From positions 5,513,812 through 5,577,811 of the forward strand of contig NC_092675.1 of NCBI RefSeq assembly GCF_964355755.1: a DNA stretch of 64,000 nucleotides, given 5' to 3'. Both the position numbers and the translations under genes were made by a program. Origin of the DNA: Antedon mediterranea. Its lineage: Eukaryota > Animalia > Echinodermata. Of the stretch, positions 12,450 through 24,318 are shown one piece after another (positions within the stretch are counted from its first letter, which is position 1; each line of letters starts with the position of its first letter). A model generated the notes under the pieces. The model was not told the DNA's origin, searched no databases, and was given only the letters and a program-made list of their open reading frames with translations.

Positions 12450-14050
12450 TAAGTTAGGACATCCTTTATGACCATGACATATTGAGTTAATTTACTTCTA
12501 TAGGGCCATACCTTCAAGCATCCAGCTTGAGTCAAATGGAAGGTGACATATTATTATTCTCATACACAGCTGGGAGGTAATAGGGCTTCTTCTCTTTCTA
12601 TAAATACAGTAGCTTACACCAACTAAAGCATGTCATGCAATGTTATGATTGTTGTAGAGAACCTTCTCAACTATCTTGAGACTGCAGGCTGACTAGATAA
12701 CATCTGCTTCCATAATCTGATTTCAATCGTGATGCATCCAAGTGTAAAGCGCAAGACATTGGTCATTAATTATTGATTTTAACTTGAAAATCACCTGGAA
12801 ATAGTATTCAGGATGCACTTTGAGCCGCTGGCTATTATGCTTCATTTAATTAGACAATAACTGGCCAGTGTAAATAGTATCGGTAGATTTACATCATTGA
12901 ATCAAACGTGTTTTGTTTTACGCTACTTTTAGGTGATTCACTGGTTATTGTTCAATTGATTAAATTTCTATTCTTCTTTCTATTTTTCTTGACAGTTTAT
13001 AAATATTGTATTGTTATGATAATGTATAGCAAGGTGGATCTAGGATTTGTTTCAAACACGGGAATCTGTCAAAAATATTATAAAAAAATGATATCAAAAC
13101 GTAGTTCATAAATTTATTTTACTGTAGCTGTAAAAAGGAGATCCGTCTCTGTAGGGGAACATTTGCATTGCAATGTACTGTACAGTACCTCCGCATACCT
13201 TTTTTCATAACCGTACAAACAGAGTTTAGAAATTTAAGTTGTTTTGTTGGTTACAGTTAGTTTCTAACTAAACAGAAACATTAAATAAATTAAAACGAGT
13301 TGACAGATGGTGAAAGTATGGATTACACTAAAGTAGATATTTCTTCTGCCGATTAAATTTGATTTAAAGACTATATTTCATCAGTATTAAATTTTAAACA
13401 TTAGTCTCGCAGGATGTCATCACTTTTCGCTGCCATTGCATCAGAAAAATGGGTCAAAATAGACTTGATAATGATTTCCACAGGCTAAATTCATATTTTG
13501 TGAAGATAAGACGACATTATTGAAAATGTGCATCTAGCGAGCTATCATAGCCAACCAGGCGACAGAAACAACACAGATATTTTAATGCAAAGCTTTCAAA
13601 GGTAATTGTAAGAAGGCAGGTTGTCAACATACAGCACAAGTATACTTGATGTTATTAAAGCATGTCAGTATGATTTATGCAATGATATATGGGTCGTAGA
13701 CATGCTAAAAGTGAACATAGAAAGAAACATACATTTTATATGTTAACTCATGTAACCCATTATTAAAAAATACTGAAAGATTTACATTGACAAGTTGGCA
13801 GCAAGTGAACCATGCAGCAATGCTTTGTTGATGGATAGATCATTTGCGTTGGTTTCAAACAATCAAGGTATGACCATGGACGAACTACTGTACATTTAAA
13901 AGTAAGTCTATGGTACAACAATAGCCCCAATTTGTAACTTTTATGCTTTTCCAACAACATTTATCGGTCGCTTTCTTTGTCCCGAAAAATGTAATTGAAA
14001 CAATTTTGGAGTTTTTTGTTTGTTTGTTGAATAGTTCTTTATAATATCAC

Positions 14051-14157
14051 ATCTATTTCGTGCCTAGCTTACCTGTATAAACCGACAATAGCCATCTTCC
14101 CTCTGGAGAGCACGGGCTATTGTCAGTTTTTACAGGTAAGCTAGCACTCATAGACTA
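14051..14157. mobile_element. Palindromic MITE family E (TAGTCT..AGACTA ends, possibly Academ-like)
   Basis: AGCTTACCTGTATAAACCGACAATAGCC / GGCTATTGTCAGTTTTTACAGGTAAGCT. Half copies at ~23695, ~36594, ~47850 and ~48023. Confidence 0.7.
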
Positions 14158-17100
14158 CTAACACTACTACTGGTTTGTGTAAATTTAGCTGTTCCCTTTG
14201 ACCTAAAAATGAGGCATACTCAATTCAACACTGAGACTGAGAGTGTGTCGTGAATGCAGTTAACATTTTACTCACAATCCACTGTAGCTCCTGAGAGGCT
14301 AACCACTTGCGATTGACTAGACATGAAGTGAACCTGAAAATAGAATACTGTAGGCTACAGTACTTCAACATTTTTAGTTTTGGCTAATTATTTATTTTAC
14401 ATATGCATTTGAATTACAGCAGTGGAAAATAACGATGTGTAACCGTGTTACATAAAATGAATTTTTAACATTATTTCAAACTATTATGTACAGTACAATC
14501 TACAAACTAGAGTTTAGGTGCAGAGAAACAATTATATAAACCATTAGTCTATTTTCATAATATGAAGATATATCATCTCAGAAAAATATGAATATTTCAT
14601 TAAATCAGAGCTGCTTTATGATTATTGAGTGTTGATCACTCAATCAGACTTTAAGATCATCGACCCCCCTAACAAAAGTCCCTGGGCTATTTTGCATGCC
14701 TTGATCTAAATTCTGTATTTTAACATATTTACCATTATACATTTTTCTCAAAAACATTTTCAATAATGTGTGCTACAACAAGGATGATCGACTAAAAAAA
14801 AAATATTAAGAGGTAATTTTATGAGAAAATTTATACGATTTTGATCATTAATATTCGCATGCTAACGTCACAACTCATCTTAACATAGCCATAAGCTATG
14901 CTGTGTATATTATTTTATTGTTCGGTTATTCAACTTTATAGACAGTCATCTAAGTCTACAACAGGACGACTGATAAATGTACCCAGACTTTTACCACAGA
15001 ATATTACAGTTATTTAATTTATACATTATTTTATTGAAGACTATATTTAACTTGATAATACAGTTTGGGTTCATTCATTCATTTATTTATTTTACCTTTT
15101 TTCAACAATATTATTGCCTATAACCTGGTATTATTATTTTTATTTATTTTTTTTAAGTCTCATATTATATTATAACTTGTTATCCACACAAGTTATACTG
15201 TATGTTTGGTGCTGTGTCAAGTTAATTTAAATGGCACAATAGTAGTTTATTTGAGAAAGTTGAAATATTCATGATTTGAAATTAGAGTAAATCCTGAATA
15301 ATACGTTTTTACAGTACATTAATCTCCTTGAATATAGATTATCCCCTTTTGTATCATTTAATCTTTTTTTTTTTCATTCTGTATTGTTGATCCCATGCTG
15401 TAGCTTTCATATCCATACAGTGTTAATCCTTTTCATTTAATCCTCTATTTGACATCCGTTTCTATATTTTTTTTAAATCTTCATCAATACCTGTATCTCC
15501 CCAAATTGACTGAAACGTTTCACACAACAAAGATGCATTTTGAGAAAAAAAAAATTGTTTATTTAATTAATAAAGTCTTTTATAGGTTTACAAATACTGT
15601 ACCTAATGTGAAATTTCCTGACCTGGAAATAATCTTGTTGGCTTTACAGTTTCATTATGGCTTTGTAGATTTGTATTCACACACCACTGTGAAATTCTTA
15701 ATATTTGGTTACTTTTACAAAGACTCATTGTCCAAATGCTAACTAGCAAATACAGTTCTCTTCCAAAATTTCAACAGTTAAAATATGTTTATAAAATGCT
15801 CAAATAGAAAAACAATAGATGTAGTCATGTGCTCACTGATTGGTGTTTTTGCATTGTGTTGTTTTGCTTGTTAAGTGGATTAAAAACTAGGACATGTATA
15901 TTATGCTACGCTTAAATTTGAAGTTGGATATGTGGAGCCAATCGATTGATTATGACGATATTTATTTATCCATCGATTGACTGACTTCACAAATATCCAA
16001 AGCACTTGTTAAAATGCATATGCATTGATAGCAGCATGTGCGGGTTGGAGTTTAGTGATAGTATAGAGTTCTTTTACTCAACTATGATCAGATGTATCAG
16101 GGATACTATATACAGTAGCTAAAAAACTCTAGGTTTAATGTTATTGTCAAGAAGTTGAGGGGGAGGATGGGGGAAATCAGACGTTTGTATTGAAATAAGA
16201 TTTCATCCCTGTCTACCTTTACCCAGAATTAATTCAGCTTTGGTACATTACCCAGAAATCAGTACACTTGATGGAAAGAGTATTTTTAGAGTTAGGCGAT
16301 TAATGGGGATAAAAGAAAGGCCTTATTTTTTTCTTTCTGTAAATTTATTTTTAACTTTGTCTTAAATTTTAGATCTAGCACACAAAGGTTTAAACAACTG
16401 TTTTAGCTAGGTAGCAATATTTATATTGATTTCAATCATCAAGTCAACTCCCTGGGAGTATCAATGTTTATCTAAGTATTGTGATGCTATAATTAAATTA
16501 TATAATGTAGTTATTCTATATTGATTTTTATTGACAGGTATAAAATTGAATCTTATTGTTAATGAAATCTACTCTATTGTTATTGCATGTATGGTTACCA
16601 TGGAACATAGAATCCTATAAAACGATAGTATCCGCAATACATAAACCTGTTTATGTTCAAAGAGTCTTGAATAACAGAAACATGATCTAGTATGAGGTGT
16701 ATAAGTAGTAGAAAAACAAACTAGTATAACGTGGTATAATGTACAGGATTTACTGTACTAGTAGTAGTTAAGCCTTTATGTCAATCTACCAGTACTACAA
16801 TATACTGTACTCTACTGTAGTACCATTCATAACTGTGCAAATAAGTGTAGACCAATTGAATAGTGATTCTTCTGATTGCCATTAGACTGGTTTCCATGAA
16901 ATTCTTACCCTCTGTGGTAGGATATATTGATTATATAGCCAACTAGTTTCCATAATAAATAATAATATTTATATTTGTGAAGTCAGTTTATAATAATAAA
17001 TAATCATATATACAAATATTACACAATCACATAGTTGAACTCTAATTCGCTGTTAATTTGTTTGCAATTGAATTGGCTTGCCTACAAAAACCAGTTTACA

Positions 17101-18444
17101 GAACAATTTGTCACTTGAACTATTGTCATATTATATTTATATTCAGTATTTTTCAAGTGATCTATTTGACATATTTTGAATAATAGGCTTATTGTGTTGT
17201 TGTTTGCTTTATTGTTATTATACTGTGTTCATCTCTAAATGCTTTTCCCTGGATTGTCGGATCACAACTTTCCACTGTACAGTATATGTTTATTAATTTT
17301 AGTGTACTATTATAGAGTTTCACAATCATACTTAATATCCTTGCTTTTGGCTGTGGTATCAGTGGTATTAAATAGTAGTGTTACTGAGCAAATCTATGAT
17401 CCATCAGTATGATAAGCTGAACTGGAGAGCTTGATTGTATAGCCAAGTTTACTCAACAAACATAGGGCTAAGCAATGATAACCTGCCCATTGTAATACAA
17501 CTTCTTTTTCCCAAATAAGCCCTTAAGCTTGTCATGAAATCTGTAAATTGGGCTATATAGGCTTGTTCATTTTGTATTTTAGACTGGGTTTGTGTATTTG
17601 CAATGAACTTGGTCTATGTCAATTCATTGTGCAAATGTCGGGGAAGGAAGCTGGGACGTGCTTCCTTTTTCCCCACCACCTCAACACACTTTAGGTGACT
17701 TCTAGGTCCACATCACACAAATCATAATACCTTATATGTATAAGAGAATATTCAAACTATCTCTATGTGATTTTTTTTTTATAAGTACTAAAATATGAAA
17801 TTAAAATAAAAAAGTATTTTGAAAAACACTTTTGTACTTTAAAGTAGGTAAGATAGCAAATAAAGATAATGAATTGATCGCAATCGCAACTCATGATTGT
17901 GTTACGTTTGTAAATATCACTTAACCCGAACTCACTCCTAACCAATCGTATCTACATGTAAATAAGATGACAGTCATCATTGAGCTGTGAAGATTTTTTA
18001 TAATTCACAATGACTAGATCTTATAGAGTGATAGCGAAGATATCAGGTATAAAACAGATGTCAACAAAGTGATGACTGTCCTAGAAAAATAGTCATAACC
18101 ACTGAACTGAAAAAGGACAAACTTACTAAATTGCACTTTGGATTAAATATGATACAGGTCATGAAATGTGTGCAATTATGATGAAGTAATTTTACAATTA
18201 AAGAGTGAATTTATATGCTAGGTACAGGTATCTTCATATAACCGAATAAGTCTTGATTTTATGTCTTGTGAAATTGGTTTTGGTACTTTTAGAAACAGAG
18301 CTTAAAAAGCAATTTGAATGAATGAGAAATTCTTTAAAATATTTGTAGCAATGTTATTAAGACTTGTGACAAAAGAAGAAATAGTGATGAAATTATTTTA
18401 GATTTTCAAACCATATTGATTAACTTTCTTCTTTTTTTATTTAG

Positions 18445-21335
18445 GTAATGTACCATCAATACAGATGACCAACATACAACAAGCCCAGTTCATCCCTCTC
18501 ACCGAAGTCCTCTGCTTAATTATATCCGAGCTGAATAAACGAAAGATCAATGCCAACCAAGAAGTGATTAGAGGTAAACTATCAGAGTGCTACAACCATA
18601 TAACGTTACCAAGTATGGAGATCATATACAAATCATTAACACATCTGTTAAACCAGGGGAAGATACGTCATAATGGAATTGGATACATTGCACTTGATCA
18701 ATCTGTCCCATTGGATTCAGAATTTGATGATTACCTTTTGAACTCTGCTTATTACATTAAACCCGAACAGACTGAGAAAACATACTTAATGTTTAAAGAT
18801 GGTCAGATAACTAAACATTCATTGCCTAAATCTGTATCAGATAAAAGTACGCAGACTTTGGAGGAAAAGCAAGAGCAGAATATTGTAAAGACTAAAACGG
18901 CAGCAGTATCAAAGGTGGAATCTCCAAAGGTTCAACAAAAACAAGTTCCTGTAAAACATCCAGGTTCCAAGACGTTACCTGCCAAATCACCAGTGCTTCA
19001 TTCCTTTGATGACTCTCTTGTCTTTAATACTCTTAAACCAGAGTACTCGCGACCAGGATTACAGAGAAGTCTTTCTATGCGTGAACGCAAAAGCAAATCA
19101 CTTAATCGCTCTAACTTTGATCGCACAAAGTCAATGCGTACTGGGCGTGTCTATGCAGAAGATGACATGTTGCTGACATCTGATTCTGAGTATAAAACAT
19201 CATGCCTTGGTCGTTTGTTTACTAGTAAACATCACTCAAAGAACCATGCAAAACACCACAATAAAAACATTTTATCGCCAACAGTCCCGGCTAAGCAAGC
19301 AAAAACATCCAACAGTCCTAACAAACGTGAAACATTTTGTGCTCAATTTCCACCGTCGGATATTCATGATCCATTCTTTAATCATGTGCGGTGGTTGAAC
19401 AATGAAAACACAAAAAAGAACTCAAGTGAAATTTCAAGCAATTTTAACGATGATCAAAGTGTGATAACCACTGATAGTTTTGGAATTCCTCGTCCACCAC
19501 GTGAAACAAAATCCTTACCAAAAGACGCAACAAAAGTGAACGTATATCGTATGGAAACTGGACATTTGAGTAGTAAAGCTCAGAGTTTACAGATGAAGTA
19601 TAAAGAAGCACAGCAAGAGTCAATGCCTGAAAGTGAAGCCGAATTCCTGAAACCGACCAAACTGTATGATAATAAACATCGTACAAAAGCAGTTTCACAG
19701 CAAACCAACACGAAAACTGGAAAAGTGAATCCGTCTACTAAAGAAGACAAGATAAAGCATTACTTTCAGTCTTTGCGAGATACCAGTCCAATTAAAATTC
19801 AACCATTTCAAGGTGTGGATAATGAATCCTTTTGTAATGACTCGGAGTTAGATTATCGGCCGCAAAAAGAAAACACACGAGGTAGGGCGAATAATGTCAA
19901 AAGTAAGGTTCGCGATAAATCAAGGGAAAGGCCGAAGAAACGTCACTCACAGAAATATGATTCTGAATCTCAAACATCAACTTTAACAGGATCTGAAGGA
20001 TTGCCTGTCCCACCTGGAATGCATAACGGTGACATTTCTGACAGTGGCAGTTCTGTGTATGTTGACAAATATCCACATCATCCTCATTATGAAGTGCTGA
20101 CTTCTGACACAGATCAAACTTTATCCTCTCATGATAGTGAAATGCCCATACAATATCGAACACTAGTAAATGCAAATGAGAGTAAGAAACCACATCCACA
20201 ATCACTGCCAATATCACCAATTAGTAACCAGTTCAAACCTGTTAATTCTGGTAGTAACAAACAAGTTCATTCCAGTAACAAACAAGGTAATTCTAGTAAC
20301 AAACCAGTTCAATCCAGTAACAAACAAGTTAATGCTAGTAACAAACCAGTTCAATCCAGTAACAAACAAGTTAATTCCAGTAACAAACCAGTTCAATCAA
20401 GTATCAGACAAGGTAGTTCTAGTAACAAACCAGTTCAATCCAGTAACCAATCTATTAATAATCAAATGGGAGATAGGCGAGTTTCAGCACCTATTGTTGT
20501 TTCTTCAAGACCTCCTATCCAAATTCCACCAGAACCTCTTCGAAAAAATTCAGAGTATTACTATGATGAAGAAATTGATCAACTAATGAGAGGATCGCCT
20601 TATTCTAATGAAGAGCGCCCTCTCTTGTCACCAGTGCAAGCAATTAGAACATTCTCTGCTTATCCAGAATTCTCTAGTACAAAATCCAATAGTCAAGATA
20701 CTTTAGATTCTGGAAGAAACACTTGTAGCATTTCTCTAACTAGTTCTCATAATTATGAAACTGTTCCTACAACAACCAGTTATCATGAAGGCCACCAATA
20801 CAGTCAGATCAACATACGAGGTCCTGACATAACGAACGGAAATCAACACAAGACTTATATGAATGGTAATATGAACGTCCAACCTAATTTAAACCGTGGC
20901 CCGCCAATACATAATCGCATTGAAAGCCTGAGCTCAACAGGCGATGGTGACAGTGGCTTTAACTCCCCTCGTTCATCAGTTGCTCATAACCGCAATTCCT
21001 CAACTCCGATTGAAATCATGTCACCAGAGAGATTGAAATCAAAAACCTCACCAACAAAACTTTCAAACAAACCTGAATATGCGAAACTAGAGGAAAATGT
21101 CGATAATTATGATCGACCACATAGTCGAAACCGAAAGAAAAACAGACCTAAATCCTACATGGATAGTGAACATTCAAGCGTGTCGGATCTTACCGTGAAA
21201 ACAGCTGTTAGTAAAGATCGCAAACATTCCGATAATAGTTCATCATCTGATAAATCAGGAGCTTCAAACCTACGACGCAAACAACAAAATGGAAAGCGAC
21301 ACCACAAAAGCTATGAATTAATTGGCATGTTATAG
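18445..21335 (+). CDS. STOX1: Storkhead-box protein, coding exon 2 (winged-helix domain plus long low-complexity C-terminus)
   Basis: A polypyrimidine tract and TTAG acceptor end at 18444. The phase-1 join reads G-NVPSIQMTNIQQAQFIPLTEVLC...L..L...GKI.H.G.GY, matching the STOX winged helix ([24 protein letters not shown]). Downstream STOX motifs FCAQFPP and DSGFNSPR are present. The 956-aa open frame ends at TAG 21335; the spliced protein is 1081 aa. Confidence 0.92.
20221..20449 (+). repeat. Coding minisatellite, 21-bp unit (SSNKQV / SSNKPVQ heptads) in STOX exon 2
   Basis: AGTAACAAAC(A/C)AGTT repeats at 21-bp spacing. Q-type and P-type units largely alternate, giving a 42-bp higher-order period. 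Confidence 0.92.
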
Positions 21336-21414
21336 TTCTATGAATTTAGTATTTATCAATACATTGTAAATGTTTTAAATTATTCAATTTTAATTGTATA
21401 TAAAATTATTCCTT

Positions 21415-21420
21415 AATAAA
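21415..21420 (+). terminator. Candidate polyadenylation signal of STOX
   Basis: AATAAA 80 nt after the stop codon, followed by T/GT-rich sequence. Confidence 0.5.
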
Positions 21421-23849
21421 TATGTTTGGTAACATGTGAGTTTCATCATGTTTTAAGTATTTTTTAGAATAGAGGATGGGACTTATTCTTTGTACATTTG
21501 TACAGTGACTGTTATGGCTAGTACTTAATTACATTTACAAACCTGGATTCATACCTGTACCTGTTTCAAAAAACAAATAATTCATTCATTCAATCATTTT
21601 AGAATTCAACGTAGAATTATTCAATTTGTACCTACATTTTTTAATAAGAGTATGTATTTAATTGTTCCTAGCAATATTATATTGATGCTAACTTATTCAA
21701 AGAATGGATTTAACAAAGTATGATTGTAGTACAAAGAGTATGATTGTTGTACAAGGTACTAATAATTATTCCCTGGGCAAGAATAAAGTATATACAGTAC
21801 TTATTTAATGCCCCATTGCAGTCTTTTACAACAAGTCTCTATGACAGACGATACTGTCAATTACATTTTGTTTATCATGGGGACAGTTTACACATTAAGA
21901 AAATCCCATCATTTTATGTTGATTATTACCTTGGGAATTGCTAACTTATTCATATATCAAATGGCGCGGCATATGCGGTTCTTTTAAACAAATTTTGATC
22001 GTGAGTCATTGGTTCGACTTCATTAGTAACCAATGTAGCGTTTCTTATATCTATGTACTATGCCATCTACAAATACTAACAATCCTTTAATAATGTTCTA
22101 GCTGATGTTTATATGACATGAAATAGAGAAAAATGACGAACATTTTTACAAAACACATTTTAAATTTTAAATCTTGCTCATTTAATAGCATATAACATTT
22201 ACTTCTTTGTATTCTACCATTTTACAGTGTCTGCTCAGTTTAGTGTTTGGAGATGCTAGCAAAAACTAGTGTAATCCAAAATGTAGTAAAGGTTTCAGAT
22301 CTAGGTGATAAATGTGATTATTCTATGTCCACATAATTCATTATTTGAACAAACAATTAATTTAAAGTAATACGTTATCATCAAGAATGATAGCAGGAAT
22401 GATAAATGTCAAATTACTTAGCATCTGTGATATGTGTAAACGCAGTGAGTGAGTACTTATCAGAATCTGTCTGTGTTTGCTCACAATTTGCATGTAAAGA
22501 CAACTGAATGATGTTGTATCAGTATTGTTCATATGCTTCATGAAGCTGTTAATAATTGCATATCAAAGTTCATTGTCTAACTGACTTTACATTTAGTTGT
22601 AGTAATTGTAGTCGTACAGTACTTCACCTGCTTCTCAGTTAAATGCAAGTTACAGCACTCCTTAAATGTGGCAGGTACACTATGATGAATATACAAGAAA
22701 AATGAAATTTAACGGAGTGGTGCATCTTTAAAGGTCAATTTATTTTGAGAGTGTAGTAGTTAAGAGCCAATGTCACACCAATTTTAGTTCTTAATGTTGT
22801 TCCATGTCGACCATTAATTGTTTTCATACTATAGAGGTAAAAAGTAGTATTATTATAGAGGGCTCGAAACAGACCACCCAGTGTAACTCTCTATGATGTT
22901 TGTTTACCAGTAAAATTAAATTTAAAGAATAATTGGGAAAATAGGGAAAACATGAGTAAAAAATTTGTATGGTTTTTAGGTTTAATTTTGGCATTGTTTG
23001 TTAGTGTTCAAGTGTATTCAATCAAGTATGATTTGTTTAATTCATTTCTGATGTGCTGATTCAACAAAAAGTTAAAAACAAGTTATGTTGTAGCCTATCA
23101 TTGTAAAATGCTAGTATTGAATTTGAGAATATTATTCATACTAACTACAGTTAATATGACGACAATAATTAATAAATTAAAATGTTAATAACAAGATTTT
23201 GTTCAATAAAAAACACACAAATACAAAATGTACTTTTTTAACAGAATGCTAAACTTGTGTTTACGCTTAACTGTACCTATCATTTATTATTAATATAAAC
23301 ATCAATATTACTTAATTATTAAACCGCCTTGATGACCTTTCTAATATATATCTAATTTATTTCTTGATTTTCATCATTACTAGTTGTATTATTTATCCTC
23401 TTAAAATAGGCCTACTTATTTTAAGTTAATAAAAGTAGACAACTTTAATGTACATAAGTTAGGAATGTCATTTTTAACATATGATACTTATTACTTAAAA
23501 GTTACAATGCAGTTCTGTGCTTTGTTTCTAGTTTTGCGAATCTTGTATACAAAAAACCTGTATTGTTTTAATGTGTAGTATATTAAAATAGCACCTTAAT
23601 GAAATAAGCCTTTATGTGTATTTTTTATAAAATTGTTTATGTAGTGAAATAATGTCACATAATTAAAAACAATATACTGAAAGCTCAAATAATTTAGTCT
23701 ATTTCGTGCCTAACTTACATGGATAAAACAACACAAGATCGTGCTCTCCCGAGCCATGATACGAAAAAGAAGAAAGTTCCTTGAACATCCCTCTAAAATA
23801 ATGAACTAATCCGTGAACTTGATGTCGGCAGTGCCTCCAACGTACGTAT

Positions 23850-23975
23850 TATTATAGATGACGTCACATCAATCATGTCGTTGATTAGCCAGAATCCACA
23901 ATTACCGCGCTATATTTTCATACAAAATTTAATCTGTTTCTATCTTGGGCGGGTTTCCGCCCGTCAACTCCGCGT
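23850..23975. promoter_or_regulatory. CpG-enriched promoter-like patch
   Basis: TGACGTCA (CRE), GATTAGCC and the palindromic GGGCGGGTTTCCGCCC stand out from the AT-rich background. Confidence 0.3.
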
Positions 23976-24318
23976 TCTTTTAAATGGTCGTAAGAAATAA
24001 CATAGGTTCTATTTCTTCGATTTCCGCTTACTGTTATCACTCGTCTGTGTAAATTGGCCTTAAGTGGTGGCTTTTTGTTTATTAACTGCCCTAGTACACA
24101 AACTGAAGTTATAGCTGATCTTGCAAATCCATATCATATTCTTTACGTTGACTTTTTCTACGTTAACCGTATCCGGTCAATAACAACAACAACAAATATG
24201 GCTGAGGCAAACTTTTGGAAAGTTGTTTTTATTTCAATTATCGTACCAGTCCATTGGTACATATACAACCAAGGTAATGTTCATTTCAATCACACGGATG
24301 ATATAAATTGAAAATTAC

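Larger units (their letters stand above)
3092..18444 (+). other. STOX intron 1 (~15.35 kb, GT-AG, phase 1)
   Basis: GTGAGT donor and TTTCTTCTTTTTTTATTTAG acceptor. The join preserves frame and recreates the conserved G-(D/N)V-x-x-x-QM junction. Confidence 0.88.

Noticed and set aside
17969-18080. 11-bp inverted repeat GACAGTCATCA/TGATGACTGTC about 100 bp apart
   Set aside because: No TSD, no second copy and no further pairing; compatible with chance or a very old MITE.
19207-20586. Alternative-frame and antisense ORFs overlapping STOX exon 2
   Set aside because: Shadows of the real CDS and its 21-bp coding repeat.
22505-22585. C/D box snoRNA candidate (ATGATGT..CTGA)
   Set aside because: Imperfect C box, no terminal stem and no recognisable rRNA antisense element.
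24198-24273. Possible + strand first exon MAEANFWKVVFISIIVPVHWYIYNQ with a GTAATG donor
   Set aside because: Joining to the next acceptor (25228) hits a stop within a few codons. It is not excluded as a non-coding exon.
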